DNA of 64,000 nucleotides from contig PNML01000005.1 of assembly GCA_013823635.1 (NCBI GenBank), positions 1,742 through 65,741 on the forward strand. Direction: 5' to 3'. Within the stretch, counting starts at the first letter, position 1. Every line of letters starts with the position of its first letter. Below, in pieces: positions 61,570 to 64,000 of the stretch. The notes under the pieces are model-generated. The model did no database searches, was not told the origin of the DNA, and was given only the letters and a program-made list of their open reading frames with translations. The position numbers and the translations under genes are program-made. This DNA is from Polaromonas sp. Its GTDB lineage: Bacteria > Pseudomonadota > Gammaproteobacteria > Burkholderiales > Burkholderiaceae_C.

Positions 61570-64000
61570 TCACTGGTTCAACTGTGCCCAGGCCTTGTCC
61601 AGCCGCTTGGTGCTCACGGGCTGGGGCGTGCGCAGCTCCTGCGCGAAGAAGCTGATGCGCAGTTCTTCCAGCAGCCAGCGGAACTCGGCCATGCGGTCGT
61701 CCACCTGGCCCTTGCGTTCGGCCACCAGCCGCCAGTAGCGCTGTTCCTGGGGCTTGAGGTCGGCCAGCCGGGCGGCATCGCGGGCGGGGTCGGCCTTGTA
61801 TTTGTCCAGCCGGGCCTGCACGCCTTTGAGGTAGCGCGGCAGGTGCTGCAACTGGGCCCAGGGCGTGTCGATCAAAAACCGCTTGCCCACCAACCGGGCG
61901 AGTTGCTGCTGCACGTCGGTGGCCACATCGGCGGGCGGTCTGCTGTCCTTGAGCTTGCGCTGGGCGGCCGTGTGCTCGGTCAGGATGGTGCCGCACAGGC
62001 GGGCCACTTCGTTGGCAATGAGGGTGAGTCGACCCCGCCCTTCGGCCAGGCGGGTGTGGAAGGCGGTGGCATCGGTGGGCAGGGGGTCGAGCAGGAAGGC
62101 GCGGTCCATGGCCACATCGAGCAGCAGGGTTTTGAGCTCTTCAGCGGTGCCAAGTGACATGTAGGCCACACCCATGGCCTGCAGGCCGGGGATGTTTTTT
62201 TCCAGGTACTTGAGCGCGTCTTTGACTTGCAGCGCAAACAGGCGGCGCAGGCCCGCGCGGTGTTTGGCGCTGGCGGTCTCGGGCTCGTCAAACACCTCGA
62301 TGCTGACACCGTCGCCCTGGTCGATGAGGGCCGGAAAGCCAATCAGCGTTTGCCCGCCTTTTCTGATTTCCATCAGCTCGGGCAGCTCACCAAAGGCCCA
62401 GGTGGTGTGTTTGACGCCCGTCACATCGGTGGTTTTTGGTGGCTTTTCAGGTGATTTTTCGGATGATTTGGTATGTTTTTCAGTAGCGTTCATCGCTTTA
62501 TTGGAAAGCGATGAGGCGCTGCCAGAGGCTGATTTTTCAATCCTGTTTTTATCTATCGTTTCAGGAGCATTCAATTTCAACGCAGCCAGCGCCTGAAACG
62601 CCCCGCGCGCCTTGCCGCCCAGCTCGGCCTTGAGGGCGGCCAGGCTGCGGCCTGCGCCCAACTGGCGGCCATGCTCGTCCACCACGCGCAGGTGCATGAG
62701 GTGGTGGGGTTGCAGCATGTCGGCCTTGATGTCGCCGCGTTTGATGTCCAGCTGCGTGGCCTCGCGCACCAGCTTCAGCAACGCATCCATCAAGTTGCCG
62801 TGGCCAAAAGCCTCGGGCTGGGTGAGCGCGGCGGTGAAGCGGTTGGCCGTTTCGGGCAGCGGCACCAGGCGCGAGCGGGGGCGCTGGTGCAGGGTTTTGA
62901 GCAGGGCCAGCACCTTGTCTTTCAGCATGCCGGGCACCAGCCATTCGCAGCGGTCTTCGCTGACCTGGTTCAGCACAAACAGCGGCACGGTCACGGTCAG
63001 TCCGTCTTTGGCATCGCCGGGTTCGTGCAGGTAGGTGGCGGCGCAATCCACCCCGCCCAGCCGCACCACTTTGGGGAAGGATTCGGTGGTGATGCCAGCG
63101 GCCTCATGGCGCATCAGCTCTTCTTTGGTGAGCATCAGCAGGCGGGGCTGTTTTTTCAGCTCGGCGCTGTACCAGCGCTCAAAGCTGGCGCCGGTGCACA
63201 CGTCATCGGGCACTTGGGCAGCGTAAAAGGCGTAAATCAGCTCGTCGTCCACCAGCACGTCCTGGCGGCGGGCTTTGTGCTCCAGCTCGGCCACCTGGCG
63301 GATAAGCTTTTGGTTGGCGGGCAAAAACGGCAGGCGGCGCGGCCAGTCGTCGGGCACCAGGCCTTCGACCAGCGCCTGACGGATGAAGATGTCGCGCGCG
63401 GCGTGCGGGTCGAGTTTGCTGAAGTTGACGCGCCGCCCCTGGTACACCGGCAGGCCGTACAGGCTGGCGCGCTCGTGGGCCGTCACCTGGGCCGTGCGCT
63501 TGTCCCAACTGGGGTCGGACGTTTGGCGCTTGAGCAAATGGCCGCCCACCTCCTCCAGCCACTGCGGCTCGATGGCGGCAATGCCCCGGCCAAACAGGCG
63601 GGTGGTTTCCACCAGCTCGGCCACCACGATCCAGCGGCCCGGCTTTTTGCTCAGGTTGGCACCGGGGTGGCGGTGAAACTTGATGCCGCGTGCCCCCAGG
63701 TACCACTCTTCCGTCTCGCTTTTGCAGCCCACGTTGCCCAGCAGCCCGGCCAGCATGCTTTTGTGCAGCGCGTCGTACCCGGCGGGCGTGGTGTTGAGGG
63801 GCCAGTTGTGCTCGGCCACCACGGTGTGCAGCTGGGTGTGGATGTCGCGCCACTCGCGCACGCGGCGCACGTTGATGAACTGCTCGCGCAGCTGGTTTTC
63901 CTGCTGGCGGTGGCTGAGTTTGTGGGTGGGCTTGGTGGTGTCGTCACCTTCGACGGTGGGCACCATGCCCGCGCGGTGGCCGCGCAAGCCCTCCAGCCAG
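61570..64000 (-). CDS. hrpA: ATP-dependent RNA helicase HrpA, C-terminal part (N-terminus outside window)
   Basis: YLGARGIKFHRHPGANLSKKPGRWIVVAELVETTRLFGR, then a long DUF3418-type C-terminal region. The frame is open to the window edge. Confidence 0.85.
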   Translation of the reverse strand, partial: WLEGLRGHRAGMVPTVEGDDTTKPTHKLSHRQQENQLREQFINVRRVREWRDIHTQLHTVVAEHNWPLNTTPAGYDALHKSMLAGLLGNVGCKSETEEWYLGARGIKFHRHPGANLSKKPGRWIVVAELVETTRLFGRGIAAIEPQWLEEVGGHLLKRQTSDPSWDKRTAQVTAHERASLYGLPVYQGRRVNFSKLDPHAARDIFIRQALVEGLVPDDWPRRLPFLPANQKLIRQVAELEHKARRQDVLVDDELIYAFYAAQVPDDVCTGASFERWYSAELKKQPRLLMLTKEELMRHEAAGITTESFPKVVRLGGVDCAATYLHEPGDAKDGLTVTVPLFVLNQVSEDRCEWLVPGMLKDKVLALLKTLHQRPRSRLVPLPETANRFTAALTQPEAFGHGNLMDALLKLVREATQLDIKRGDIKADMLQPHHLMHLRVVDEHGRQLGAGRSLAALKAELGGKARGAFQALAALKLNAPETIDKNRIEKSASGSASSLSNKAMNATEKHTKSSEKSPEKPPKTTDVTGVKHTTWAFGELPELMEIRKGGQTLIGFPALIDQGDGVSIEVFDEPETASAKHRAGLRRLFALQVKDALKYLEKNIPGLQAMGVAYMSLGTAEELKTLLLDVAMDRAFLLDPLPTDATAFHTRLAEGRGRLTLIANEVARLCGTILTEHTAAQRKLKDSRPPADVATDVQQQLARLVGKRFLIDTPWAQLQHLPRYLKGVQARLDKYKADPARDAARLADLKPQEQRYWRLVAERKGQVDDRMAEFRWLLEELRISFFAQELRTPQPVSTKRLDKAWAQLNQ
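62431..62580 (+). repeat. composite AT-rich tract related to the 51-nt repeat family, inside the hrpA CDS
   Basis: 62523-62538 CAGAGGCTGATTTTTC is identical to 22222-22237 of copy C2. GTAGCGTTC-N14-AAGCGATG at 62483-62513 keeps the 9-14-8 spacing. A tail-like TTTTTCGGATGATTTGGTATGTTTTT lies at 62455-62480. Confidence 0.6.

Overview
This is a GC-rich proteobacterial chromosome segment. Gene order and protein families look betaproteobacterial (Burkholderiales/Comamonadaceae-like), but that is inference only. The window is densely packed with housekeeping genes:
- hflK (5' partial)-hflC-DUF2065-hisZ-purA, a Gpt-like PRTase, metC, selU, and divergent tesA/ybbA
- rlmB, a PAS-GGDEF-EAL protein, a split chrA pair, an SDR, yigZ, and a penicillin/AHL-acylase-family protein
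- ldcA, DUF2062, a tadA fusion, paiB, tauE, and guaB-guaA plus a conserved hypothetical
- DUF4124, rnfH-ratA/smpB, a HIBCH-type hydrolase, eamA, and typA
- the rimP-nusA-infB-rbfA-truB operon, two small membrane proteins, yejABEF, and fabI
- a signal-peptide Lig E-type ATP-dependent DNA ligase, an Orn/Lys/Arg decarboxylase, and an NfeD/stomatin pair
- tRNA-Ser(GGA), an orphan LivJ-like lipoprotein, holC-pepA divergent from lptFG, cbiX-cysB, ybdL, an SDR, and hrpA (partial)

I found no CRISPR array, IS element, integrase, prophage or recognisable defence island.

The most unusual signal is a dispersed AT-rich 51-nt repeat family with a fixed block architecture: ATAGCTGAC-N14-AAGCGCTG-N7-TTTTTATTGAAAA. 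Six copies fill short intergenic spacers, one of them as a head-to-head pair. About five more diverged copies lie inside conserved ORFs (truB, yejF, the acylase, the HIBCH-type hydrolase, hrpA). They are translated in a consistent codon phase without disrupting the proteins. I cannot assign the family to any named repeat class.

Secondary observations:
- a TadA fused to an apparently catalytically dead haloalkane-dehalogenase-like domain
- a promoter plus overlapping-terminator leader upstream of rimP
- back-to-back CATG start codons for tesA/ybbA

Many long ORFs in the six-frame track are antisense shadows typical of high-GC DNA, and I rejected them. All start codons were chosen by eye and are uncertain by tens of nucleotides in several genes.
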